DNA of 63,995 bases, counting the filler, from Acidimicrobiia bacterium (GTDB lineage Bacteria > Actinomycetota > Acidimicrobiia > Spongiisociales > CAZKJJ01): assembly GCA_046759765.1 (NCBI GenBank). It is 14 parts of 14 records of this genome, joined end to end, with 100 filler letters (N's around TTAATTAATTAA, not from the genome) between each part and the next. Parts side by side here need not be neighbours in the genome. Positions count along the whole stretch, not along the records: positions 4,776 to 9,436 come from JBHICV010000174.1; positions 9,537 to 14,173 come from JBHICV010000175.1; positions 14,274 to 18,908 come from JBHICV010000176.1; positions 19,009 to 23,612 come from JBHICV010000177.1; 10 more parts are not named here. The stretch is one strand, 5' to 3'. The position numbers were made by a program, and so were the translations under genes. The notes under the pieces were generated by a model that did no database searches, had not been told where the DNA came from, and was given only the letters and a program-made list of their open reading frames with translations. This document shows positions 8,912 through 19,028 of the stretch, piece by piece (the first letter of the stretch is position 1; each line of letters begins with the position of its first letter).

Positions 8912-9265
8912 TCAGCCAGCGAGGCGGCGCTGAAGAGCGGCAGCCACGTTCGTATAAATCTGCCTTCGTCTGAAGTGTCCGAGATGGCGCTGGGACGGTG
9001 CCAGGAAGCCGGACCAAGGAATAACTACTAGCCCTGGCCGGTCGAGCACCTCAGCGCAAGGAGGCCGGTAATCAGACCAAACCTGGTGGACCACAACGGC
9101 ATCAGGCACCTCTGTTACCAAGCACGGCGCTCCCACAGCGGACGGACAATCGGCCATCGTCGCTGCAGGACAAGACCCGACCGTGAATCCGGCCTCGTCT
9201 AGGGACTGGCGCATTCGATCAAGCATGACATCAGAGGACGGGCCCACGACCAGAACGGTGCTCAC
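8912..9265 (-). CDS. Hypothetical Cys-containing protein (117 aa) with receiver-like N-terminus
   Basis: GTG start after GGGAGGG; STVLVV...L.EAGFTV.SCP......CP......C pattern. Confidence 0.55.
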   Translation of the reverse strand: MSTVLVVGPSSDVMLDRMRQSLDEAGFTVGSCPAATMADCPSAVGAPCLVTEVPDAVVVHQVWSDYRPPCAEVLDRPGLVVIPWSGFLAPSQRHLGHFRRRQIYTNVAAALQRRLAG

Positions 9266-9536
9266 ATATCCCTCCCGCACGGGAACCAAGAATTGCCGCC
9301 GGTACTCACCCTTGTGTCTGGCATTCCTCCTCGCTAGGGCCGAAGGTCCCCGAAGCCACAATCCAGCCGGGAGTGCCAATGACTGGAGTTCCCCCTTCTG
9401 GCCGGACACCTTGGTTATGCGGCCATGGTGTTGGTGNNNNNNNNNNNNNNNNNNNNNNNNNNNNNNNNNNNNNNNNNNNNTTAATTAATTAANNNNNNNN
9501 NNNNNNNNNNNNNNNNNNNNNNNNNNNNNNNNNNNN

Positions 9537-9893
9537 GAAGCGCGGCCGGAAGCTGGGGTTGCCGACCAGGTTCTCGATACCGGCGACCAGGTTGGTCATG
9601 GCATAGGTATTGAGAAAGAACATGGTGATGATGGGGGCCACGAAGTTCAGGTCGCCGGCCCAGATGATGCCGAAGGCGGCAATGATGGCCAGAACGGCCA
9701 GCGCGACCTTGGAGAAGAAGAGCGTGCTCCACACGGAGGTGAGCTGGACGGAGTCGAACCAGAGGAAGTCCGTCCAAAAGGACGCCAGACCTCGGGCGGT
9801 CAGGAAGAACACGAGTACAACTACGCCGAGAACGATCAGACCGCGTCGGCGGGGGCCGGCGCGGACGGGAGGTGGCTCGCGGCTGATCATCAA
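9537..9893 (-). CDS. N-terminus of UPF0182 membrane protein with a chimeric tail
   Basis: LASFWTDFLWFDSV...VWST is the UPF0182 N-terminus. The last ~40 aa (GDLNFVAPIITMFFL...NPSFRPRF) look like a cation-chloride cotransporter/amino-acid permease. Confidence 0.8.
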
Positions 9894-9958
9894 TTCGTCA
9901 TTCTATGAAGATTCGGGGACTTGCCTTTGGGGGCTGTTCAGCTGGGGCCGCGAGCGCG

Positions 9959-11650
9959 TCAGCTCGTTGCAACGCCCGCGGCCGCAAGCGTGTCCTGCAG
10001 CCCTTCACCATACGCAGTCTCGGCCAAGGCGGCGACGCGCCGCTCGGAGTGGTCGGTGCGCCACGATCTGTATACGCGGGAGACGCTCGACACGACCTTG
10101 GCCGGTGCTTGGTCGGACTCCCGGGCCCGGTCAAGCGCCGATTGGACCTCCGTGCATAGCGCCTCCGCGAAGTCATCGGTCGGATCGGCCACTGCCGGCT
10201 CCGGGACGCCGACCTCCAGTCCATAGAGCTGGCCTGCACCGTTGGCGCCCGCGCCGTATGAGTCCTGCACGAGGCCGGAGAGCTCGCTCCTCAGCTCGTC
10301 GGCTAGTCCAGTCGGATTGGGCGACCACTCAGGGTCGGCCCGTAGCTCTTCCAAGGCAAGACTCTGGGCATCAGTCAGCCGGCGCTTTACGTTGCGGAGT
10401 CGTTTGTTGACGATGGGAACCAGCAGCTTGGCTTGCACCTCGCCGGGATCTCCACTCGGTGCTGGCTGTTCTGGCGCCTCCTCGACCGCCTTCGGCGGTG
10501 TTTGGGGCTCCTCCTCGACCGTCTTCGGCGGAGGCTGGGGCTCCTCCTCGACTTTCTCCGCGGGGGCTTCCGGCTGTTCGACCGGCTGCAGCCGCAGAGT
10601 GGCGAACAGCTGGTCGACCTCCTCGTCGACATCGGCAAGTTGCTCGATCGCCGGCTCGAGAGCTTGCTCGGATTGCGACTGCTGTGCTTCTCGCAGGCGT
10701 CTCACCTCATCAGCCATTTCGGTGGCGTCGACCGGCTCCTCGGCGGCCTCGGGCAGCTCAGGCTGCGTGCCCTGAGGCGGAACAATTCGTACGTTCTCTT
10801 CAGTCCCCCACTCCGTCGAGTCGTTTTTGGCCTCGGCCGCCCCAGGAGCGGCCTCCTCCGCCTGTTCGTCAGGCGCGTCCACCACCCTGACGGTGGCCGG
10901 CTCTATGGGTTCCTCCGGTGCCGAGGTCCGCTCGTCGATTTGGTGCTCGAGCCTTTGGATCGTGGATCGGACCCCTTCCAGCTCCGTCAGGAGTTCCGCC
11001 CGTCGTACCTCCAACGCACGGGCCCGTTCCTGGGATGTCTCGGCTTCCTTGCGCGCTTCGTCGATGATCTCGTCGTGGCGAGTGCGAGTATCAGCCTGGA
11101 GCCGATCGGCCTCCATCTTCGAGACCCGAACCAGATCTTCAGCTTCGCGGCGAGCAGCCGAGACGGTTCGGTGAGCCTCACGCTCCGCCTCCCCGATGAT
11201 CGAAAGAGCGTCCCTCTCTGCTCCTTGCCTTATCCGTTCTGCCTCCTCGGCTGATTGCTCAACGAGTTGCTCGGATGTTGCCCATGCCTCGCGTCGGAGC
11301 GCCTCCGCGTCCTCTTCCGCCGCCCGAACCGTCTCGGCGGACTCTTCACGAGCCCCGACGCGCCAATCCTCAGCGTCGGCAGTCGCTCTCTCTCGCAGGC
11401 CGTCGGCTGTTACCTGGGCGTCGTAGAGAATCCGCTTCAAATCGTCAGAGACGAGATCGAACTCGGTCCTCAGATCGCGGTCACCCAACTCTTTCAAGCG
11501 TTCCGACAGCCGATCCCGCTCCTCCTCGGCCGACCGGAGCGCGGCGGCCACCTGCGCGACGAATTCGCGCACATCGGCGGGGTCGTAACCCCGAACCTTC
11601 GTACGGAACTGGGCCGCGGCTACCTCATCGGCAGAGAGCTGCTCCGACAT
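9959..11650 (-). CDS. DivIVA domain coiled-coil protein
   Basis: F..KVRGYD..DV.EF DivIVA motif, long coiled coil, and Pro/Glu tandem repeats at about 10470-10570. Confidence 0.85.
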   Translation of the reverse strand: MSEQLSADEVAAAQFRTKVRGYDPADVREFVAQVAAALRSAEEERDRLSERLKELGDRDLRTEFDLVSDDLKRILYDAQVTADGLRERATADAEDWRVGAREESAETVRAAEEDAEALRREAWATSEQLVEQSAEEAERIRQGAERDALSIIGEAEREAHRTVSAARREAEDLVRVSKMEADRLQADTRTRHDEIIDEARKEAETSQERARALEVRRAELLTELEGVRSTIQRLEHQIDERTSAPEEPIEPATVRVVDAPDEQAEEAAPGAAEAKNDSTEWGTEENVRIVPPQGTQPELPEAAEEPVDATEMADEVRRLREAQQSQSEQALEPAIEQLADVDEEVDQLFATLRLQPVEQPEAPAEKVEEEPQPPPKTVEEEPQTPPKAVEEAPEQPAPSGDPGEVQAKLLVPIVNKRLRNVKRRLTDAQSLALEELRADPEWSPNPTGLADELRSELSGLVQDSYGAGANGAGQLYGLEVGVPEPAVADPTDDFAEALCTEVQSALDRARESDQAPAKVVSSVSRVYRSWRTDHSERRVAALAETAYGEGLQDTLAAAGVATS

Positions 11651-11698
11651 TCCCGAAACGTTACCCCTTCCGAGAGGGCTCGGGTCGCGAAATCTAAT

Positions 11699-12754
11699 TC
11701 ACGCGGCCGGGTTGGAGGCAGCCCAGGTGAGTGCATCCTCGAAGTGCTCCACTGGGACAATCTCGATAGGAGCGCCGGCCGATAGGGCTTCCTCGTAGTT
11801 GTCCACGGGCACGAAGATGACGTTCGCACCGGCTCTTTCGGCGCCTAGGACCTTTTGACGAACTCCGCCGATCGCTCCGACCTGTCCCTCTGTATTGATG
11901 GTGCCGGTACCGGCAACAATCAGGCCCTGGAGCTCGTCGACTTCGGGGGTAAGGGCGTTGATCACGCCGAGCGTGTAAACCAGACCGCCCGAAGGTCCGA
12001 TCGCCGCGGAGGCATCTATCTCGACGTCAATCGGGAAGTCGTATATGAGGTTGACGGTGTCGGGTATGAAGCCCACCATCGGGGCGCCCGGATTCTGAGT
12101 GTGCTCAACCAATGTCACCTCGACGTCGAGCGTTTCTTCTCCTCGGAGAAGAGTCAGCGAGATGGTGTCGCCGGGCTCGTAGCTCTGGATGATGACCGAA
12201 CCATCGGTTTGGGAGAGAACTTCCTTACCTTCGATGGCGATGATCACGTCCTCGGGCTGGAGAGCATCTGCCGCGGGAGTGCCCTCGAGCGTGTCGACCA
12301 CCAGCATCCCCTCGCCCTTAAAGGTCACGTCATAGCCCAGATACTGAAGCGCGACGACCTTGGCCACCGTGACGGACTCGTCCATGAGGTTCTCGTTGCG
12401 GTCCCGATACTCCTCATAGGAGACGGTGCTGGGTCTCACGAACTCCCGGGGAACGAGATCGATGTCGGGATCGAGCTGCGCGCTGATGTACTCGTAGACG
12501 TTGACCGGGTTCGTACCGATGGAGACGGTCAACATATAGAGCTCGCTGTCCGGGTCTACGACCGTTCCCTCCACAGTGATCAAGTCCTCCACCTCAATCG
12601 GCGCATATGGAGAGAACGAGAAGTAGGGAAGGGTCACGTTCCAGGCCGTCACCGAGAGAACAACGGCGAGCACTAACCCTCCCACCAGACCGAAGATCCA
12701 GCGAGGGGTAGGGCGGCGCCTGGCTACCGGCTCGTCCGGATTCTGATCAACCAT
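11699..12754 (-). CDS. PDZ-domain Lon-like S16 protease (YlbL/SdrC family)
   Basis: N-terminal TM helix, PDZ domain, GPSGGL catalytic Ser, AGTGTI...GQVGAIGGVRQK. Confidence 0.92.
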   Translation of the reverse strand: MVDQNPDEPVARRRPTPRWIFGLVGGLVLAVVLSVTAWNVTLPYFSFSPYAPIEVEDLITVEGTVVDPDSELYMLTVSIGTNPVNVYEYISAQLDPDIDLVPREFVRPSTVSYEEYRDRNENLMDESVTVAKVVALQYLGYDVTFKGEGMLVVDTLEGTPAADALQPEDVIIAIEGKEVLSQTDGSVIIQSYEPGDTISLTLLRGEETLDVEVTLVEHTQNPGAPMVGFIPDTVNLIYDFPIDVEIDASAAIGPSGGLVYTLGVINALTPEVDELQGLIVAGTGTINTEGQVGAIGGVRQKVLGAERAGANVIFVPVDNYEEALSAGAPIEIVPVEHFEDALTWAASNPAA

Positions 12755-12895
12755 CACTTCAAAGGACCTCACGACTTCCGCCTTCCACCTGATCGTATCC
12801 GAGCCCGCTCACAACCGGACTCGATGAATTGGACGACACCAGGAGACACCCGGTTCCCATTTGGCGGAAGGTCTTAGGCAATTCTCATCTGACGC

Positions 12896-12945
12896 GTTCT
12901 TGTCAATCTCAGCCGCGAAAAGCGCGGTCCAGATTGACAGGAAAC
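12896..12945. repeat. REP-like palindrome
   Basis: GTTCTTGTCAATCT...CCGCG AAAAG CGCGG...AGATTGACAGGAAAC; same arms as 24756-24807. Confidence 0.7.
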
Positions 12946-12946
12946 C

Positions 12947-13504
12947 TCAGGGAAAGGCGAGTGCCGGCGTCGACATCAGGTCGGCTCGCACGACGATCCT
13001 CTGGCGGTACGAGCCCTTCGGGTGACAGGCGAAGAGGGTGAGAATCGGGTCCGGTGTCTGCTCGACGACCCAGATGTCTTCGGGAGTAACGATCAGGGTC
13101 TCGCTGACCTCGTAGCTGACTCTCGTCCCATCGAGGCCTGTTACATGGATCAGGTCACCAGGCGCGAGCTGATCCAGATCCTCAAAGGGAGAAGTGTGCG
13201 TCGAGCGATGGCCCGCCAGAACCAAGTTGCCGACCCCGCCGGGTCTGGCCGTTCCGGCCCAGCGCGCGACGCCCAGGTCGATGACGTCTAGAGAGACGCC
13301 CTCCCGCACTACCTCGTCGACTCCGATCGCCGGCACCTCAACTCTCCCCACGTAGAAGCCGAGCTGCTGCACCGGGGCGTCCACCCGAGCGCGGACCGGA
13401 AGCGCCAAACCCGTCCCAGTATCGACGGGCAGGGAGGCGCCAGCCGGAAGCGCCCCAAAGGAGAGGAGCGCCACGAGGGCCACTGGGAGTGCGATCTCCC
13501 GCAT
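12947..13504 (-). CDS. Sortase (class D/E-like)
   Basis: GNLVLAGHR, L..L.PGD, LTLFACHP...RQR (His-Cys-Arg triad). Confidence 0.92.
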   Translation of the reverse strand: MREIALPVALVALLSFGALPAGASLPVDTGTGLALPVRARVDAPVQQLGFYVGRVEVPAIGVDEVVREGVSLDVIDLGVARWAGTARPGGVGNLVLAGHRSTHTSPFEDLDQLAPGDLIHVTGLDGTRVSYEVSETLIVTPEDIWVVEQTPDPILTLFACHPKGSYRQRIVVRADLMSTPALAFP

Positions 13505-13641
13505 TCTTGCTTAATCGGCGCCACCGTGGGTGGTATTTGAGGACGAATTTCGCGACTTCGTCCTAAAACAGACCGGCGACTGCCTCAGTTCCTACCCAGC
13601 GCGGTTGCAATCCCACTGAAAGTGCTGGGCTAACGGTTGGC

Positions 13642-14173
13642 TCATTCCTCCAGACGGATGAAATCGCTCGCTCGCTCGAGCCCGAAGACACGCTCTCTCA
13701 CCCCAACGGGATTCCCGGGAGCGTCTACCGCGGAAGGGACTCCGGTGTCGTCGAATGCCCTCGGGCCGGCCCCGAAGCCGAAGTCGACCGGAGCGAGGTT
13801 GCCGACTGCGGCCCGAAGCCCCTCACGGGTGACGTCCCGAGCTTTGAACGCCTCGGCCAGAACCAAGTGAACGGTCGCGGCTTGGGTGTAGCCCAGGAAC
13901 GTGTACCAGCTCTCTTGGCGCGCATCTAGCCCGACTCGAGCCAGGTTGTCCTCATAGAGGCGAAGACCCGGCGAAGGATCGCCGGCTTCCTCGAGAGCTC
14001 CCATCACAAAGAGCCGCTCGAGCTGGGCCAGTCCGGCCTCCTCGCCTGCATCGCCGCCCAGAGCAGAGGGAATGGCTGAGTTGTATGAGACGCCGGTGGC
14101 GACGATGAGCGGCTGATATTCCAGAAGCTCGGCCGTCGCCACCATGGACAGAAGCGCGTCTGGTACCGAACAG
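13642..14173 (-). CDS. C-terminal fragment, possibly a branched-chain amino acid-type ABC substrate-binding protein
   Basis: GY..A..V...L..A.....TREGL..A pattern; truncated at contig start. Confidence 0.5.
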
Positions 14174-14273
14174 NNNNNNNNNNNNNNNNNNNNNNNNNNN
14201 NNNNNNNNNNNNNNNNNTTAATTAATTAANNNNNNNNNNNNNNNNNNNNNNNNNNNNNNNNNNNNNNNNNNNN

Positions 14274-16891
14274 ACCTCCTCGTGGCGGGCCGCCTCTCGC
14301 CTCGATTCCGAGCGATGGACCTCGGCTCGGAGGAGGAACTGGTTGAACGGGTGCAGGAGTGGATCGAGCCTCGGATTACCGGCATCCGCATCGTCGTGGC
14401 AGCGGTCTTCGCGGTTCTAATCGGCATCGGAGCTTCAGCTTGGTGGCAGGACCTACTTCTGTTCCTGAACGCGACGCCGTTCGGTTCGGCCGACCCGATA
14501 CACAACACCGATGTCGCTTTCTACGTGTTCCGGATGCCCCTCTACCGCGACATATTGGGTTGGCTACTTCAGCTCCTGGCGATAACCACGATCCTGGTGG
14601 CGGTTCTCCACTACCTCAACGGAGGGATCCGCATACGCCAGGGTCGGGTTCCGTTCTTCTCGGCCGGAGTCAAGGGTCATCTCTCCGTGCTGCTGGCGCT
14701 GATGGCGTTGATCAAGGCGGGCAGCTACTGGCTCGATCGCTTCGACCTGGTCTTCTCCACCCGCGGAGCGGTCTTCGGAGCTTCTTATACCGACGTGAAC
14801 GCGCACCTCCCGGCACTGACCCTGCTTGTCGGCGTCTCCGTCGTGGCGGCCGGCCTGCTCATTTGGAATATCTGGCGGAGAGGGTGGACGCTGGTCGTCG
14901 TGGCCGTAGGCGCTTGGTTGTTCGTGTCGATCGTGGTGGGGGCGATCATTCCCGCCATCGTCCAGCGCTTCACCGTCGAGCCTGACGAGCTCAACAAGGA
15001 AATCCCCTACGTTGACCACCACGTCAGATTCACCCGTCAGGCTTACGCCCTGGCCAACGTGGACATCCGTGACTTTGCCGCCTCGGAGGACCTAACGGCT
15101 GAGGATCTGTTCGGCAACCAAGGAACCATCGACAACATCCGGTTGTGGGATCCGTCAGTCCTCCAAACGACGTATGAGGAACAGCAGGAGATCCGGACCT
15201 ATTACCAGCTGGACAACATCGACGTCGACCGCTACCTCCTAGGCGACCAGCTGACGCAGGTGATGATTGCTACGCGGGAGCTGGACCAGGACGATCTACC
15301 AGCGGCTGGCTGGATCAACGAGCGTCTCGTATATACCCACGGCTACGGAGCCGTGTACTCGCCGGCCAACAGCGTCGAGGCCAACGGGCAGCCCGCCTAT
15401 CTCGTGCGGGACGTCCCTCCGGAGTCGGCTACGCCGGAGCTGCAGATCACTAACCCGAGGGTCTATTTCGGCGAAACGTACGACTCGGACCGGTTCCTGA
15501 TCGTCGGTACTCGTCGCCCCGAGGTCGACTTCCCGGTTGGAGCTACGCAGGTGGACGGTGAGGCGGCCGGCTCGGATGTGCAGTTCACCAGCTACGAGGG
15601 CGTGGGAGGGGTGCAACTCAGCAGCGTGTTCCGTCGATTCGCTTTCGCCCTCCGGTACTTCTTCGATCTGGACACGCTGATCTCACCTGAGGTCACGTCC
15701 GAGAGCCGCATCCTCATGGTCCGCAACATCCAAGACCGCGTCAGTAAAGCGGCGCCTTTCCTGAGGGCCGATCACGATCCCTACCTGGTGTTGCTCGGTG
15801 GGGAGCTCGTCTGGTTGATCGACATGTATACGGTCTCCGATCGCTATCCCTATTCACAGCCGGCCAGCGTCGGACGGCTGGCCGACCGGGCGCCCCTGGC
15901 GTCGGCCCCAGCTTGGAACTACGTCCGCAACTCTGTGAAGGCCACAGTGGATGCGGAAGACGGGACGATGACTTTCTATGTCATCGATTCGACCGACCCT
16001 TTGATCCAGACCTACCAGCGAATCTTCCCGAGTCTTTTTACGGACGAAAGCGCAATCTCTGACGAGCTTCGGGCCCACCTGCGCTATCCCGAGGACATGT
16101 TCCGCGTACAGAGCGATATTTGGGCCGCCTATCACATGGAAGCCGAACGCTTCTACCAGGACGAGGATCTCTGGGAAGTGCCCGGAGACCCGTCGACGGC
16201 GGACCAGATAGAAGTTCTGCGTGGACAGCGCTTCGAGCCCGGCTTCGACCCGATGCTGCCCTACTACTTGCTAATGGAGCTGCCGGAAGAGGACGTCCTC
16301 TCGTATCTGATACTCCAACCGTTCAATCCGCTCGACCGACCCAACATGAGAGGGTTCTTGGTGGCCAAGTCGGGCCCCGAGGAATACGGGAGGGTGATTG
16401 ACTACCGCCTCTCGCCGGGCAGGTTCGTCAATGGCCCGACCCAGGTTTCTGCCCAGATCAACCAAGACCAGGAGATCTCGGCCGCCTTCACTTTGCTTGG
16501 CCAGCAAGGATCCCGCGTGATCCAGGGCAACCTTTTGGTCATACCGATCGAGGATTCGATCGTCTACGTACAGCCGATCTTCCTCCAGAGTGAGCAGAAT
16601 CCTATCCCGCAGCTGACCAACGTAATCGTCGTATATGGCAACCAGGTTGTGCTCGGTTCCTCCCTCAACGCCGCCCTCGAGGAGGTTTTCGGCGACGGGG
16701 CTGCTCCGGAGGAGCCGTCCGAGCCGGTGGAGGTGCCGGGGGATATCACTTCACTGCTCGAGGCGGCGGCCGAAGCATTCTCACTGGCAGATCAGGCGCT
16801 TCGCCGTGGCGACCTCGCCGAGTACGAACGGCAGATCGAGAGGGCGCAGGACTTCATCGATCAGGCGCTTCGGGCCAGCCAAAGCGCGTAG
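14274..16891 (+). CDS. UPF0182 family membrane protein, N-terminally truncated
   Basis: FG..DP....D..FYVF, GA.YTDV.A.LP, NIRLWD, YTHGYG, PRVYFGE, NYVRNSVKATVDA.DG, GNLLVIPI. Confidence 0.95.
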
Positions 16892-17006
16892 CCGACTGGA
16901 TCGCCGACGAGAACTGCGTAACTTCAGTCACTGATCCGTCGGTGACGATATTGGGCAAGCAGGCGCGCCGTGACTTGGCGCGCGTCCTAAACCAAATAGA
17001 TGGCAG

Positions 17007-17555
17007 ATGCTTGGTGAGCGATTCACAGAGGTCCTGAGTGCCGCCCAAACGGGCGGCGAGTGGGCTTGGCATGTTCTCTACCGAGACTTATCGGGCCAGC
17101 TACTCGGCTACGTACGCGCTCAGCGTGCAGTCGAGCCCGAAGACTTGGTGGGCGAGGTCTTCTGCGACCTAGCTCGCAATATCGGGACGTTCACCGGTGA
17201 TGAGTCCTCGTTTCGCTCCTGGGTCTTCACGATCGCTCACCACCGCGTCATTGATGAGCGCCGATACCGGTCACGCCGACCAAATGAGCCAACAGACAGC
17301 CCGGAGGAACCCAGCCCGGCCGGGGATGTGGAGGAGGAGGCCTTGGCCTCATTGATCTCAGCCGAGATCCAGGATTTGCTCGCCAGGTTGACACCGGATC
17401 AGAGACATGTGCTCCTTCTGCGGATTCTGGGTGGCCTGACGCTCGAGGAAACCGCCCGGGTTGTTGGTAAGCGGGTCGGAGCCGTGAAGGCTTTGCAGCA
17501 TCGGGGAGTTATCGCCCTTCGGAAGCTTCTGGCGAATCGACGCGTATCCCTATGA
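17007..17555 (+). CDS. ECF sigma-70 family RNA polymerase sigma factor
   Basis: EDLVGEVF, FRSWVFTIAHHR..D, L..LTPDQR.VL.LR, GAVKALQHR. Confidence 0.95.
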   Translation: MLGERFTEVLSAAQTGGEWAWHVLYRDLSGQLLGYVRAQRAVEPEDLVGEVFCDLARNIGTFTGDESSFRSWVFTIAHHRVIDERRYRSRRPNEPTDSPEEPSPAGDVEEEALASLISAEIQDLLARLTPDQRHVLLLRILGGLTLEETARVVGKRVGAVKALQHRGVIALRKLLANRRVSL

Positions 17556-18580
17556 GGCCGCGCGACGGTAACGAAGTCGAGATGTCCAAGGAGAAGTTCG
17601 CCCGAGATCTCGACCAGGTCCTTCGTGGCAAGCCTGCGTCAGGGGAAAGTGGGCTGGCCGACGTCGAGTCCTTTGTGGCGAGAGTCCGCTCGACGTACTC
17701 CGGCCCTATGCCGGCTGGGACAGAGGCTGGTCATGTGGCCGCGGCCAGTGAGATCGCGAGCTCGTCACAGATGCCGCCTTCGTCTGATGGGCCACAGCGA
17801 CGGCCGTTGAGAAGCCTCATTCCTCGACCGGTGACCGGCGCCGTGGCCCCAACGCTCGTTGCTGCCGTCGTTCTGGCTCTGGTCGTCACCACCGGTGCCG
17901 CCTACGCCGGGGCCCTGCCCCGCCCAATTCAGGATGCCACGGCGGACCTCGCCGGGTCCTTGGGCCTGGCAATTGCCCCTAGCGACGAAGTAGACGCTAT
18001 GACCGACGCTGCCGAGGATCTCACCGAAGCCGCGGACGTGCTGGCCGCCGACGTGACGGATTACGTGGATTGTCAACTCGAGGGAAACGATTCGTGCCTC
18101 CCTCCGGATACTTCGGATGTAGTCAACTCAGCCCATGTGCTGGTAGAGGCGGCGGGCGCCCTTCGGGAGTGGGCGAGTGAGTACAGCACATTTGGTGAGT
18201 GCATCGCGGCACGGGTGGCGGAGCTCGAGCCCGAGCTCGCTCAAGGGTCGATTTCAGATCTCTCATTGGACAGCCTCCTCGATGAATGTGGCCCATTGCC
18301 TCCGCCCATCGACGAGCTGAATGATTTCCCGGACGACTTCCATATACCCGAGCTCGACCAACTTGACATACCCGAGCTGGATGACCTCGATCGTGAGGCT
18401 GTACGCGATTTCACCCAGGCCGTCAGAGACACAGCCATGTGTATAAGGGATAGGGCGGCAGGTCGGGACGCCGTCGAAGACCTCGCCGCTCTCATCGCTG
18501 ACTGCGAACTGCCCGATCCGGCCGACTACGGCCTCGACTTCGAGCTACCGAAGCTCCCAGGAATCTTCGACGACAGTTGA
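17552..18580 (+). CDS. Putative membrane-anchored anti-sigma factor
   Basis: ATGA overlap with the sigma gene; one TM helix followed by AYAGALP.PIQ; acidic, Cys-containing C-terminal domain. Confidence 0.65.
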   Translation: MRPRDGNEVEMSKEKFARDLDQVLRGKPASGESGLADVESFVARVRSTYSGPMPAGTEAGHVAAASEIASSSQMPPSSDGPQRRPLRSLIPRPVTGAVAPTLVAAVVLALVVTTGAAYAGALPRPIQDATADLAGSLGLAIAPSDEVDAMTDAAEDLTEAADVLAADVTDYVDCQLEGNDSCLPPDTSDVVNSAHVLVEAAGALREWASEYSTFGECIAARVAELEPELAQGSISDLSLDSLLDECGPLPPPIDELNDFPDDFHIPELDQLDIPELDDLDREAVRDFTQAVRDTAMCIRDRAAGRDAVEDLAALIADCELPDPADYGLDFELPKLPGIFDDS

Positions 18581-18624
18581 GATCTGTGAACGGTGGGCCG
18601 GAGGGCTACAATGCCCTGGAGCGA

Positions 18625-18698
<74 letters not shown>

Positions 18699-18701
18699 CG
18701 A

Positions 18702-18730
18702 GAAACCCCAGGTCAACGGCCTGGGGTTTC
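18702..18730 (+). terminator. Terminator hairpin after the tRNA
   Basis: GAAACCCCAGG-tcaacgg-CCTGGGGTTTC. Confidence 0.75.
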
Positions 18731-19028
18731 CTTCATCTCTCACGGAGCGTGGTTGCCTAAAGCCATTCTGAAGCCACGATTCTCGGCGACCTCGGTACTG
18801 AAGAAACCGTAGATCAACGTTCCAAGGTGCTGGTCGGGGTAAAGCAGCAGTAGTCGACGTCTGAGCAGCCCACACTTCCTTGATGGGCAACTAGGGCACC
18901 ACATAGGTNNNNNNNNNNNNNNNNNNNNNNNNNNNNNNNNNNNNNNNNNNNNTTAATTAATTAANNNNNNNNNNNNNNNNNNNNNNNNNNNNNNNNNNNN
19001 NNNNNNNNAGTCAGGCGGCGCTCGTCGT

